64,000 bases of DNA, from positions 30,504,001 to 30,568,000 of the forward strand of contig OZ024742.1 in NCBI GenBank assembly GCA_964016885.1, given 5' to 3'. This document shows, in pieces, positions 63,163 to 64,000 of the stretch; position 1 is the stretch's first letter, and every line of letters begins with the position of its first letter. The translations under genes were made by a program, and so were the position numbers. Source of the stretch: Eledone cirrhosa (taxonomy: Eukaryota). The notes below the pieces were generated by a model. That model saw nothing but the letters and a program-made list of their open reading frames with translations. It did not search any database and had not been told where the DNA came from.

Positions 63163-63206
63163 GAGGGATCAGATATATATATATATTTCGTTTCTGAATT
63201 TATATA

Positions 63207-64000
63207 TCATCATCATCATCATCATCGTTTAACGTCCATGTTCCACGCTTGCATGGGTTTGGACGGGAGTTTTCCCACTTGAGGCAAGAGTGGTTGTCTT
63301 GCTCGCATAGGACTGTCTGGCGGGTTTTCTACAGCTGGATTGGAGAAGTGTAAGTGTGTGAGGTCGGAATTTATCAGGTCGTCCCAGGTTTTTCTGGGTC
63401 TGCCTACTCCGTGGCTACCGTTTTTATACAGCTGTCGTCTTTCATGCGCATCACGTGACCATACCAACGTAGCTTTCTCTCGAGTAAACAACATCTGATC
63501 CCTCTTATTTCTAATTTTTCCCTTAGTTCGTTTATGCTTTGCTGTTCACGTATATTACTATTACACATCCAGCGGAGCATGCAAGCTTCGTTCCTCTCTA
63601 GTCTGCGTATATCCTCTGCACACAATGCCCAGGTCTCACTGCCATGCAACATTGCTGTTCGTATGCAGGCATCATACAGCCTGCCTTTCATTTTTAGGGA
63701 GAACCCTTTAGCGGCTAATAGTGGTATAAGCTCTCTGAACTTTTTCCATCCAGTTCTGACTCTAGCTACTGTACTTTCAGAGCACCCTCCCCCACTGCTG
63801 ATTTTGTCACCCAGGTAACGGAAGCTGTCTACTATTTCTATAGAACCCTCTGCGCAATTGAAAGAGCTAGTATTTTGTGGGCACTTGCTGCTACTTATTG
63901 CACCAGAGCACCGGCCACATGTAAAATCTATGTTCTTAGTTAGCTTACCTGTGATCCCACTATATCTTTTATGCACCCATACTTTGCATTTGGGACATAA
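63207..64000 (-). mobile_element. RTE LINE with internal deletions, running off the window end
   Basis: ORF 63404-63976 near-identical to 8244-8966; UTR/ORF deletion at ~63340 and a small deletion at ~63420. Confidence 0.93.

Overview
Repeat-rich, AT-rich animal genomic DNA, not prokaryotic. The mix of (TA)n microsatellites, RTE LINEs with (ATG)n tails and tRNA-headed SINEs suggests a cephalopod such as an octopus; this is an inference. Host genes: an intron-free COX16 ORF (15258-15578, +), at least five spliced minus-strand exons (40-3927) of a protein with tandem atypical zinc fingers, and a tRNA-Asp(GTC) gene (28201-28272, -). Mobile DNA: about ten copies of an RTE LINE whose RT carries an inserted PHD-like finger, one of them near full length with two nonsense codons; a 2.1-kb non-coding LTR element with tRNA-Trp PBS, PPT and 4-bp TSD nested in an old RTE; MetaSINE-like and CORE-like SINEs; piggyBac and hAT MITEs; a piggyBac-5'/hAT-3' chimeric remnant; a CRE-type LINE tail; and Penelope-like hammerhead motifs. 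A 15.8-kb satellite of 45/46-bp monomers occupies 37787-53632. The most unusual recurring structure is a set of short fold-back (snap-back) palindromes, most embedded in (TA)n tracts and several built from the ends of known elements. Family names come from motif recall and were not checked by database search; boundaries of degenerate repeats are approximate.
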